Assembly (NCBI GenBank): GCA_964591795.1
Contig: CAZQEL010000002.1
Location: 1 to 32,000, forward strand
Reading direction: 5' to 3'
DNA length: 32,000 nt
Origin: an uncultured archaeon
GTDB taxonomy: Archaea > Iainarchaeota > Iainarchaeia > Iainarchaeales > CSSED10-239
Shown: positions 1-8,186 of the stretch, piece after piece
Numbering within the stretch: the stretch's first letter is position 1
How the letters are laid out: each line of letters begins with the position of its first letter
Position numbers and translations under genes: made by a program
The notes under the pieces: generated by a model
Seen by the model: the letters and a program-made list of their open reading frames with translations, nothing else
What the model was told of the DNA's origin: nothing
Databases searched by the model: none

Positions 1-2043
1 TCTAGTACTACTCCTAGTACTCAAATTTATTATACTTTAGATGGTAGTGATCCAACTAGTACTATAGGAACTATTTATTCTAGTGCTTTAACTTTAACCA
101 GCACTACAACTTTAAAGGCTGTTTGTTATGCACCTGATTATTCTACAAGTTCAATTTTTACTCAAAATTATACCTTATTAGAAAATGTTGCTCCAGTAAC
201 TTTTAATCCAACAAATGGTTCTTTTAATAATGATGTTTCGGTTACATTAGCATCATCAACAGCTGGTACAAGCATAAGATATACTCTTGATGGTTCTACA
301 CCAACTGAAACCATAGGTACTTTAGTTTCTTCTCCTACATCTATTATTATAGGTGCAAGTGGAAGTATTAAGGCCATAGCTTTTAGAACTGGTATGGGTC
401 CTTCTACAGTTTCAACATCTGGTTTATTTAGTTTTAGTGCTGGAACTCCAACAAGTACTCAAGCAGCTTCAACTTATACTAGTGCTATAACTGTTCCATT
501 AACAAGTGTAACTAGTGGTAGTACTATAAGATATACTATAAATGGTGTTGATCCAACTAGCACAACTGGGAGTGTTTACTTAACTCCAATTTCTTTAAGC
601 ACAACTGGAACTTATGTAATTAGAGCTAAGACATTCAAAGCAGGTTATACAGATAGTGCTGTTTTTAATAATATTTATGTAATTAATTTGCCTGCTGCTA
701 CACCAATATTTAATCCAGCTGGTGGTAACTTTCCAATAAGTGTTTCTGTTTTAATAAGTTGTACTACTCCATCTTCAAGTATTAGGTATACTACTGATGG
801 ATCTGTTCCAACTAATTCTTTTGGAATAATATATAGTGGATCTTTTATTTTAACAAGTACAGCGACTGTTAAAGCTGTTTGTTATGCATCTGGTTATTCT
901 ACAAGTCCAGTTGTAACTCAAACTTTTAATGTTCAAGAAAAAGTACCTTCTCCTACTTTTAGTATTCCATCAGGAGAAATCGTATTTGGAACTAATGTAA
1001 CAATTAATTCAGCAATTGCTGATGTTATTTATTATACTATTGATGGAAGCACACCAACTACATCATCTATTAATCAAGCAATTACTCCACTTGTAATTAA
1101 TGCTGAAATTACAGTAAGAGCAATTGCAGTAAAAGCAGGTTATCTAAATAGTGATATTGTTTCTGAAAGTTATATTCAAGTTTCAGCTCGTTTAAATAAT
1201 TTAGTTTTAACAAACTATACTGGTAATTATAATTTTTTAAGTACAACTTATACTTATAATGATATTTTAATATTAAATACTCTTTCATCAATTACTGCAA
1301 CTCCAACTGGTCCTGGTACAATAACTGTGAATGGAAGTAGTGTGTCTTCTGGTACTGCATCTGGACAAATAGATTTGAGTGATGGTACTCAAAAAACAAT
1401 TACTGTAGTTTCTTCTGCAATTGGTATGAAGACAGTTACTTATAATTTATATGTTACTAAAATAATAACTACTGGTGGTTATATTACTGATGGTGCTGGA
1501 TATCGTATTCATAGATTTGCATCTGGAAGTACATTTACTTTAAATACACCTTTGACTACTCAACTTTTAGTTGTTGGTGGAGGCGGTTCTGCTGGTGCTT
1601 ATAATGGTGGTGGTGGTGCTGGTGGAGCTTTATATTATAGTAGTGCCTATTCAATATTATCAGGATCTACATCTGTAACTATTGGTGCTGGAGGTAAAAA
1701 AAGTTATTATGTTAATGGATTTAGCGGTGGAACATCAATATTTGGAGCTATTAGTAGATCTGGTGGTTATGGTGGATTAAAAGGTGGTCAAGGTAGAGGT
1801 GGTAATGGGGCAGGTGGTTCTGGATCTGCTTATAATGGTAGTATTGCATATGGAAAAGAAGGACCTGGTTTATCTTATTCAATAGCTGGTTCTTCAGTTG
1901 AATATGCTCGTGGAGGTAGAGGAGGTCAATTTGGAAGCACAGGACCAAGTAACACTGGTTGGGGTGGTGGTGCTTCTACTCGTTCAACCCAAGGATATCG
2001 TGGTGGTTCTGGAATAGTTGTTGTAAGAATAAGTGTTTCTTAA
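1..2043 (+). CDS. Partial (5' end outside window) secreted/surface protein with at least 5 tandem ~80-aa Fn3-like 'chitobiase/hexosaminidase C-terminal'-type repeats, one cadherin-like beta-sandwich module and a C-terminal glycine-rich domain
   Basis: Frame 1 is open from nt 1 and continues in frame into tracked ORF 394..2043. The motif [IV]RYT.DGS.PT...G..Y..P[IL]...[IV][KR]A.a...GY..S recurs 5 times. 'ARLNNLVLT...SITATP..ITVNG...TVTYNLYV' resembles a cadherin-like beta-sandwich. The tail 'LLVVGGGGSAGAYNGGGGAGG...GGSGIVVVRI' is typical of glycine-rich-domain proteins. Confidence 0.7.
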   Translation, partial: SSTTPSTQIYYTLDGSDPTSTIGTIYSSALTLTSTTTLKAVCYAPDYSTSSIFTQNYTLLENVAPVTFNPTNGSFNNDVSVTLASSTAGTSIRYTLDGSTPTETIGTLVSSPTSIIIGASGSIKAIAFRTGMGPSTVSTSGLFSFSAGTPTSTQAASTYTSAITVPLTSVTSGSTIRYTINGVDPTSTTGSVYLTPISLSTTGTYVIRAKTFKAGYTDSAVFNNIYVINLPAATPIFNPAGGNFPISVSVLISCTTPSSSIRYTTDGSVPTNSFGIIYSGSFILTSTATVKAVCYASGYSTSPVVTQTFNVQEKVPSPTFSIPSGEIVFGTNVTINSAIADVIYYTIDGSTPTTSSINQAITPLVINAEITVRAIAVKAGYLNSDIVSESYIQVSARLNNLVLTNYTGNYNFLSTTYTYNDILILNTLSSITATPTGPGTITVNGSSVSSGTASGQIDLSDGTQKTITVVSSAIGMKTVTYNLYVTKIITTGGYITDGAGYRIHRFASGSTFTLNTPLTTQLLVVGGGGSAGAYNGGGGAGGALYYSSAYSILSGSTSVTIGAGGKKSYYVNGFSGGTSIFGAISRSGGYGGLKGGQGRGGNGAGGSGSAYNGSIAYGKEGPGLSYSIAGSSVEYARGGRGGQFGSTGPSNTGWGGGASTRSTQGYRGGSGIVVVRISVS

Positions 2044-2056
2044 AATTAATTTTTTT

Positions 2057-3334
2057 TCAAAATAATTTAGTTTGAATATCTTTTAAATAAAGATTTTTAT
2101 TAATTTCTTTTTGTTTTTCTTTTTTTTCTTTTTCTGAAAAACATATTACTGGAACGCCATATTGTCCTGCACCACCTGGTTTAAAAACAATAAAGTTTTT
2201 TCTAAATGCAATTATATATTTTGCAATAGTTTCATTTATTTTTTTAAGTTCTTCAAAAGATGTTTCTTGCATGATTTTTATTTCAGTATGTTTTTCAATA
2301 AATTTATCATAAACCTCAATCACTCTCTTGTGATTAATATTTTTTTCATTAATTGCAAGTTGTATTACTTGTGCTAGTGGAATTAAATATTTATATTCTG
2401 GTCTATTAGTTATTTGTTTAAGATCTATATTGCCTTGTGCTACTGCAATTTCTTCACACCTTTCAGAAACTCCTTTTTTAATAATTCCTTTACAAACAGA
2501 ACATTTCCATTTATATTCTTTTGCTTGTTTTAAAGTAAACAATTGATGGCATTTACGACATGCTGTTTTATTATATTTGCCTTCAAGTGGATTATATCCT
2601 ACATTATAATTAATTTTATTTTTGTTTTTATTTTCTAAAAGATTTTTTAAATTTTTAAAGTTAGGTTTATCAAGTGATAAAGAAACATATTCTCTACCTA
2701 TTCTATAACTAAATTGAGAATGAGAATCTGAATTTGAGAAAAATTTAATATTTTTAAGTTCAGGTATTAAATTTCCAGAATAAGTGTCAGCTGATAACCC
2801 TAGTTCTATAAATTTTATATATTTCCAATTTTTACCATAAGCGTCTTTTAAAGAATCATAATGTCCATATACTCCAAAGTAAGGTGTAAAAGCATGAGCT
2901 GGTCCGATGATTATATCTAATTGTTTACAAATATTTAGTATATTTTCAGAAGTTGTTTTAAACTTAGTTCTTCCGCTACCATAAACTGACATATCTTGGC
3001 AGAACTCTTTTGTTTCTATTATAAATTTTTCAATTTGTTTAAAATTTTTAAAATATAATAAATTATGGATTCTTTTTTCAGTTTCTATTTCAGTTCCAAG
3101 AATAAAATATATTTTTTTATTATTTATTACTTCTTTATATCTATAACACTCATCTTCTTCTATTATTTCATTTTTCACATGCTGTTGCCATTTTGGATGC
3201 AAAATATCAGCTGTAGTTAACACGTCTAAACCTTTTTTCACAGCTTCTTTTGCAAGTATTTCTATAGATATATTTTTTGAACATGCAGCTGCATATGGAG
3301 AGTGATAATGAAGATCACAATTATATGTTTTCAT
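2057..3334 (-). CDS. Endonuclease Q-like PHP-domain nuclease (TIGR00375-type)
   Basis: The N-terminal 'CDLHYHSPYAAACS...KGLDVLTTADILHPKW' is a PHP metal-binding signature as in archaeal EndoQ. There is an internal CxxC-x16-CxxC zinc finger (CRKCHQ...CSVCKG). The ~425 aa length matches my recollection of Pyrococcus EndoQ. Confidence 0.65.
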   Translation of the reverse strand: MKTYNCDLHYHSPYAAACSKNISIEILAKEAVKKGLDVLTTADILHPKWQQHVKNEIIEEDECYRYKEVINNKKIYFILGTEIETEKRIHNLLYFKNFKQIEKFIIETKEFCQDMSVYGSGRTKFKTTSENILNICKQLDIIIGPAHAFTPYFGVYGHYDSLKDAYGKNWKYIKFIELGLSADTYSGNLIPELKNIKFFSNSDSHSQFSYRIGREYVSLSLDKPNFKNLKNLLENKNKNKINYNVGYNPLEGKYNKTACRKCHQLFTLKQAKEYKWKCSVCKGIIKKGVSERCEEIAVAQGNIDLKQITNRPEYKYLIPLAQVIQLAINEKNINHKRVIEVYDKFIEKHTEIKIMQETSFEELKKINETIAKYIIAFRKNFIVFKPGGAGQYGVPVICFSEKEKKEKQKEINKNLYLKDIQTKLF

Positions 3335-3418
3335 AATTATTTTAATAATTTATTTTATTTTTATTATAAAAACCTAGTTTGATTGGTTTTTATTTGTTTT
3401 GGTGTTTATTTTTTATTT

Positions 3419-4003
3419 ATGGTAGATACTAATCAAAAAATATTAGTTCATATAAAAAAAATAGTTAAGCAAAAAATGCCAACTTATAAATATCATAATT
3501 ATAAGCATGCAATAAATGTATATAACGCCGTTAAATGTATTGGTGAAAAAGCACAAGTTATAGATGATGCTCAATTTTTATTGTGTGTTGCTGCGCTTTT
3601 GCATGATGTGATATATGTGCATAACAAACAAGATAATGAAGAAAAATCGTGTGCTTTTGCTGAAAAATTACTTTGTAAACTTAATTTTAAGGTACAAGAT
3701 ATTTTAATTATCAAAAAATTAATTATGGCTACCAAAATGCCAGTAAAACCAAAAACTAAACTTGAAAAAATTATTTGTGATGCAGATATTTTTTTAATCG
3801 GAACTGCATCTTATTTTAAAGGTGAAAATCAGTTGAGAAGAGAATTGAAATTAAATAAAAAGGATTTTTATTCTAATGTGTCAAAAGCGTTTTTTAGTAA
3901 TTTTAAGTGGCACACTTCTGCTGCAAGTGAACTTGGTGCTCCATATTATTTAATAAATAAGAAAAAGGTGCTTGAGTTAATTAATTATTATTCAGATGAT
4001 TAA
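3419..4003 (+). CDS. HD-domain metal-dependent phosphohydrolase
   Basis: 'HNYKHAINV' and 'AALLHDVIY' form the H...HD signature, with a downstream 'CDADIF'. I place the start at ATG 3419; the track ORF begins at an upstream TTG (3383). Confidence 0.6.
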   Translation: MVDTNQKILVHIKKIVKQKMPTYKYHNYKHAINVYNAVKCIGEKAQVIDDAQFLLCVAALLHDVIYVHNKQDNEEKSCAFAEKLLCKLNFKVQDILIIKKLIMATKMPVKPKTKLEKIICDADIFLIGTASYFKGENQLRRELKLNKKDFYSNVSKAFFSNFKWHTSAASELGAPYYLINKKKVLELINYYSDD

Positions 4004-4293
4004 ACTATTCCGAAGAATTTTAAAACAAGCATAACTCCAAGTCCAGCTGGACCGAATATAGCTGTTATTACAAGTGTAATTAAAAAAGGTAATTTTATTT
4101 TTAAAACATAATATAAGAATAATAAAGCAACTACTCCAATTATACTATTTACAATTACGTTTTTTAAAAATTTAATTAATATTACTGTAATTATAATTAA
4201 AATTACACCGTAAACTAAAAGCATTGGATCAAATGCAATTATTTTAGTTGTACTTTCTTTTGTAACTTCAGTTGCTAAAAATAATAAATTCAT
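4000..4293 (-). CDS. Small integral membrane protein, BofA-like
   Basis: 97 aa with three hydrophobic spans. 'NSIIGVVALLFL...ITLVITAIFGPAGLGVMLVL' resembles the BofA-family pattern. Its stop overlaps the HD gene stop in a shared TTAA. Confidence 0.45.
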   Translation of the reverse strand: MNLLFLATEVTKESTTKIIAFDPMLLVYGVILIIITVILIKFLKNVIVNSIIGVVALLFLYYVLKIKLPFLITLVITAIFGPAGLGVMLVLKFFGIV

Positions 4294-4404
4294 ATTTTTT
4301 CTTTTTTTCTTTATTCTATAGATATTATTAAGGGATATTAAAAATATATATGTTTTGTTTTAAACCGTTTTGTTTAAATAACATATCTATTAACAATTAT
4401 TTAT

Positions 4405-5295
4405 ATGGCTATACCAAAAATACCTATTAGATTTATAAAAAAACCAATTGAAACATATGTGCGTCCTAAATTTAACTTACATGTTTCAAAGAAAGGACGA
4501 ACTGTAATTTTAAAAGAAAGAATTCTTGCAAATATTAAAAAGTCTAGATTTTTGCCACTTAAACGAAGTACAAATCTTTTTGATATTTTAAATAAAAAAA
4601 TCTTTGTAAAAGAATCTTTTCAAAAAGTAGATGTTTTTCAATTAAAAGATTATTTAAAACAAAGAAAGCTAGTTTCCTGTATTCCTGAAGTTTATGGTTC
4701 TTTAAAGCTTAAAAGTGGTAATGTTTATATTTTTTCAAAGTTTGTACCTGATTCAATTGAATTGTGTGATTATTTAAAAAAACTTAAAACAAAGAAAGAT
4801 GTAAAAAAACTAAAATTTGAAGTTAATCAAATAGGTGATAAACTAATCACCGCAGGATTACTTCCTTGGGATTTTAAATTAAAACAATTCTTTTATAGCC
4901 CTAGAAATAAAAAAATATATCTTTGTGATAATGCTGTTGCTTTTTATAACCCAAAAGTACTTTTAATGTATTATAAGAAAGCAAACTTAGAGGTACCTTC
5001 AAAACTAAGAAGGCTTAATCTATTATTTTCTTTACATCCTATTGAATTAATTTTAGAAGGTGCAAGAATGGCTAGGCGTAATTTAAAGAAAGAAACTATT
5101 TTTTCTGCAGATGAAATGACTGGTAAACTTAATTCCTTTAGAAAGAAAGGACGTAAGTTAATTGAAAGAGACACAGATAAAATCATTCTAAATACAATTA
5201 ACTATTTTAATTCTTTATCATTAGGCACAAAACAACTAATTCAAAGAGAAGTTTTAAAGGATGCTTTAAAGGAAATAGATCATTATAGTAGATAA
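4405..5295 (+). CDS. Lys-rich hypothetical protein, possible atypical kinase-like fold
   Basis: Long ORF with no competing frame. 'WDFKLKQF' matches the D-x-K-x-x-N catalytic-loop pattern with N replaced by Q, and is followed by 'KKIYLCDNA' (DFG-like Asp). The function is an inference only. Confidence 0.45.
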   Translation: MAIPKIPIRFIKKPIETYVRPKFNLHVSKKGRTVILKERILANIKKSRFLPLKRSTNLFDILNKKIFVKESFQKVDVFQLKDYLKQRKLVSCIPEVYGSLKLKSGNVYIFSKFVPDSIELCDYLKKLKTKKDVKKLKFEVNQIGDKLITAGLLPWDFKLKQFFYSPRNKKIYLCDNAVAFYNPKVLLMYYKKANLEVPSKLRRLNLLFSLHPIELILEGARMARRNLKKETIFSADEMTGKLNSFRKKGRKLIERDTDKIILNTINYFNSLSLGTKQLIQREVLKDALKEIDHYSR

Positions 5296-5400
5296 TAATT
5301 ATTAATTTTTAGTTAATATTCTTTTTTTTAAATTAATAATTCAATTTATATTATTTTTGTATTTTATAATATATATTATAATAAGGAAGCAAGATTAATC

Positions 5401-6069
5401 ATGGATGAAAGTACAAGTTTTAGAGAAGAAGAAATTAAAAAGCAATATAACTTAAAAGAATTAAGAGAAGTAATAGCTAAATCACTATCCAAAGGACCAA
5501 AAACAGATAATGATTTAAGAAAAGAAATCCCAGAAGCTAAGTATGAAGAAATTTTAAATGTTTTAAAGAACATGCTTTCTTTAAAGTTAATTAAAAAAGA
5601 TGGATTTCCAGTTAAATATTCTTTATCTGAAGGTATTTTAAAAACTTTAGAAAAAAGAAAAGAATTGTCTGACACTGATAAACACATTATTAGAGCAAAT
5701 CTAATTATTGAATCAAAATCAAACGATAAGGGTCTTTTAAGAACCGCTATGGAAAAAATACTTGATTCTTTAAAAAAGGATGAAAATTATTTTATTTATG
5801 AATCATCTTTAGCAGATATAGTTGTTCATGATGATCTTTTTTCAACATATATATCAGCTGAGGTATCTTGTTCAGATTTATTTAATTTATTTAGATTAGT
5901 TTATTTTTATGGAGTTACTTCAATAGATATAATTAAACCAGATAAACTAAACGTTCCAGTATCAGATCTTCAAAGTTCATTAACTACAATTGTTGATATG
6001 ATACATGGTTATGCTGATATGATCTATGAACTTAAAAATAAAAATGATGTTTTGTCTAAAAAAAAATAA
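5401..6069 (+). CDS. Hypothetical protein with an N-terminal winged-helix-like segment
   Basis: ATG start. 'LREVIAKSLSKGPKTDNDLRKEI...ILNVLKNMLSLKLIKKDGFPVKYSLSE' has the helix-turn-helix plus wing (hairpin) pattern. I do not recognise the C-terminal half. Confidence 0.45.
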   Translation: MDESTSFREEEIKKQYNLKELREVIAKSLSKGPKTDNDLRKEIPEAKYEEILNVLKNMLSLKLIKKDGFPVKYSLSEGILKTLEKRKELSDTDKHIIRANLIIESKSNDKGLLRTAMEKILDSLKKDENYFIYESSLADIVVHDDLFSTYISAEVSCSDLFNLFRLVYFYGVTSIDIIKPDKLNVPVSDLQSSLTTIVDMIHGYADMIYELKNKNDVLSKKK

Positions 6070-6108
6070 ATACACTTAATGGTTTTTAAAAAAAATGTAT
6101 GATTGCCT

Positions 6109-6822
6109 ATGAACTTAAAAGTAATTAAACAAAATAAATTAACTGAGAATAAAATAAGTTCTTTAAGAAAAAAGATTTCTTCAAAAAAAGTAGTTTCTGA
6201 ACAAGTACGTATTGAAAATAGACTTACTAGACAAAGAGATATTTTAAGTTTAAAAGCATTTTTACTTAGTGTAGAAAGAAAAAAGTTATCTTCAAAAGGG
6301 TTAATCAATATTTTAAAGTTAAACAAATTTAAAAAACCAGAACATTATTCTTTTGCATTCAAGAAACTTGGATTTAAAGAGCCGTTTGAGTTTGTTCGTT
6401 TGTTTTCTTATGCTGGATTTAAATCTCCTTTAAAACTCGCTAATTGTTTAAAGGTTTCAGGTTTTAAAAAATCAAAGGATTTTTCACATATTTCTAAAAG
6501 TTTAGATTTAACAGTTAAACAACAATCTAAATTTTTAAAAAAATTAGGTTTTACAAAAATTGAAGATTATGTGTCAGGTGTTTATTTAAGAAAACCAAGT
6601 ATTGGTGTTTATGCTGAGTTATTTAAAATATCAGGTTTTAAGTATCCTTCAGTAATTGCAAGTGGATTTATTAAGGCAGGATACATAACACCTAAAGAGA
6701 TTGTAAATGGCTTAAGATTTTATGGTTTTTCTGAAAAACTTACATTTTTAACTGCTCTTCAAAATGTTGGTTTTAATGGTCACGAAGCAGTAAACACTTT
6801 AAAAGAACTAAATCTTTATTAG
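6109..6822 (+). CDS. Tandem-repeat protein: basic N-terminal region plus ~10 copies of a 15-aa 'h...L...GF..P..' repeat
   Basis: G-[FY] dipeptides fall at residues 90, 105, 120, (135), 149, 178, 193, 208 and 223 of the tracked ORF, giving a 15-residue period. I place the start at ATG 6109 (track start 6103 is TTG). Confidence 0.55.
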   Translation: MNLKVIKQNKLTENKISSLRKKISSKKVVSEQVRIENRLTRQRDILSLKAFLLSVERKKLSSKGLINILKLNKFKKPEHYSFAFKKLGFKEPFEFVRLFSYAGFKSPLKLANCLKVSGFKKSKDFSHISKSLDLTVKQQSKFLKKLGFTKIEDYVSGVYLRKPSIGVYAELFKISGFKYPSVIASGFIKAGYITPKEIVNGLRFYGFSEKLTFLTALQNVGFNGHEAVNTLKELNLY

Positions 6823-6853
6823 TTTTTTTTAATTGCTTGATCAACAAGCAATT
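6823..6853 (+). terminator. T8 tract followed by a 9-bp stem / 5-nt loop hairpin
   Basis: tttttttt (6823-6830) is followed by aattgcttg-atcaa-caagcaatt (6831-6853), immediately after the stop at 6822. Confidence 0.3.
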
Positions 6854-6902
6854 ATTAGTTATTATTATAAACTAGTTCTCTTATAATTATTTTAGATTAA
6901 GT

Positions 6903-7691
6903 ATGCCTTTATTTAAATTATCTAAAATAAATTCTTTTTTTAAAAAGAAAAGTACATCTAAAAACAACAACTCTAATATAAGTAAACTTAATATAAAAAA
7001 TAAACATCTAATTACTTTTGCGCCTCATTTTGAAAAAAAAATAACAAGTGAACAAATTTCTAATTTTTGGAATAGATATTTATCAAATGGTTTTAAGGAA
7101 CTACTAAAAACTAGATTAGCTAATAAAAAAACAAATCATATCTCACAGTATAATTCAAAAATGAAGATTTTACCTTTCTCATCATCTGTTGGTGTGACTG
7201 TTAGAATTTTGGATTTTATTTCTCATGCCAAATATATTAAAAGATATGAAATTTTAAGTAAATATTTTAAAAATAAAAAATTAAGATATTCTAAAGTGGT
7301 TTTAGTTGACCTTTTAAGTTCCAGAAAATTAAATGATCTTCATTATGGTGTAGTAGAAAGAGTGTTTCCTTCTCTAACCATAAATGATTTAGAAATAATT
7401 TTAAAAGAGCATACTGTTTTCAGGCCAGAAGATGTTTACTATAATAGATATAGTTCTTCTTTTATAAATAAACTTAAAGTTAATGAAATAAACCCTGCGC
7501 TTCTTTTAAAACATCTTAAACGTGCTACTAAAGAATTATATAAAAATTCTAAAATTATTGAAAATTTTGATACTGCTAACAATAATATAGTTATTTTAGA
7601 CTATAATAAATCAAAAGGAAAATTTAAGTTTGGTTTAATTGATTTTTATGGTTCAGGTACATCCAGTTTTAGAAAAGATATTTTTAAATAG
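6903..7691 (+). CDS. Lys-rich hypothetical protein, possible atypical kinase-like fold
   Basis: The C-terminal 'IENFDTANNNIVILDYNKSKGKFKFGLIDF' resembles a kinase catalytic loop (D....N) plus an 'IDF' (DFG-like) motif, as in Kdo/RIO-type small kinases. This is an inference. Confidence 0.45.
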   Translation: MPLFKLSKINSFFKKKSTSKNNNSNISKLNIKNKHLITFAPHFEKKITSEQISNFWNRYLSNGFKELLKTRLANKKTNHISQYNSKMKILPFSSSVGVTVRILDFISHAKYIKRYEILSKYFKNKKLRYSKVVLVDLLSSRKLNDLHYGVVERVFPSLTINDLEIILKEHTVFRPEDVYYNRYSSSFINKLKVNEINPALLLKHLKRATKELYKNSKIIENFDTANNNIVILDYNKSKGKFKFGLIDFYGSGTSSFRKDIFK

Positions 7692-8186
7692 TTTTATAAG
7701 TAGTACTAAGTAACTTTCTTGATTTGCTTCTTTTATTGTACATTTAGCTAGTCTTTTCTTATTTTATTATGCTTTTAATCATTATTCCCTTACCTATGGG
7801 TAATAAGTGCTAATAAGGTTATTTTTAAAGACTTTTTATATATATTATATGTATAACTAATATAGGTATAAGAAGATGAATTTAACTAATTTTTACTCAG
7901 TGATTTTTAGACTATTTATTACTTTTAGTGAACAGTTATTTTCCGAATATATCTCTTTAAAAACCTATTGTTTATTTTTCGAAAAAGAAAGCTTTTTAAA
8001 CAAAATTGTTCCTTAATTATCTTACAGAAGACATCAGTATCCGTAATTACAAATATACAGATATTTGATCGTAAAGAATCTGCTGTATTTTTTTAACATT
8101 ATTTTTTTGTTAGAAATAAAATCAATATCAAAAAAACAGATTCAGTCTTTGTTTTAAAAAAAACAAAATAAAAAGGTGAATAAAAA

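Noticed and set aside
6023-6119. 14-nt direct repeat ctatgaacttaaaa at 6023-6036 and 6106-6119, spanning the end of ORF 5401 and the start of ORF 6109.
   Set aside because: It is short and AT-rich, with no further extension of similarity, so it is compatible with chance in this composition.
7692-8186. The long (495-bp) intergenic region upstream of the S-layer gene as a possible ncRNA or riboswitch locus. It includes a weak ATACAG...CTGTAT hairpin followed by T7 at about 8060-8096.
   Set aside because: The stem is only 6 bp with poor continuation, and there is no GC-rich structured segment. The region is more simply a long promoter/leader for a highly expressed gene, and I cannot support an RNA gene from sequence alone.
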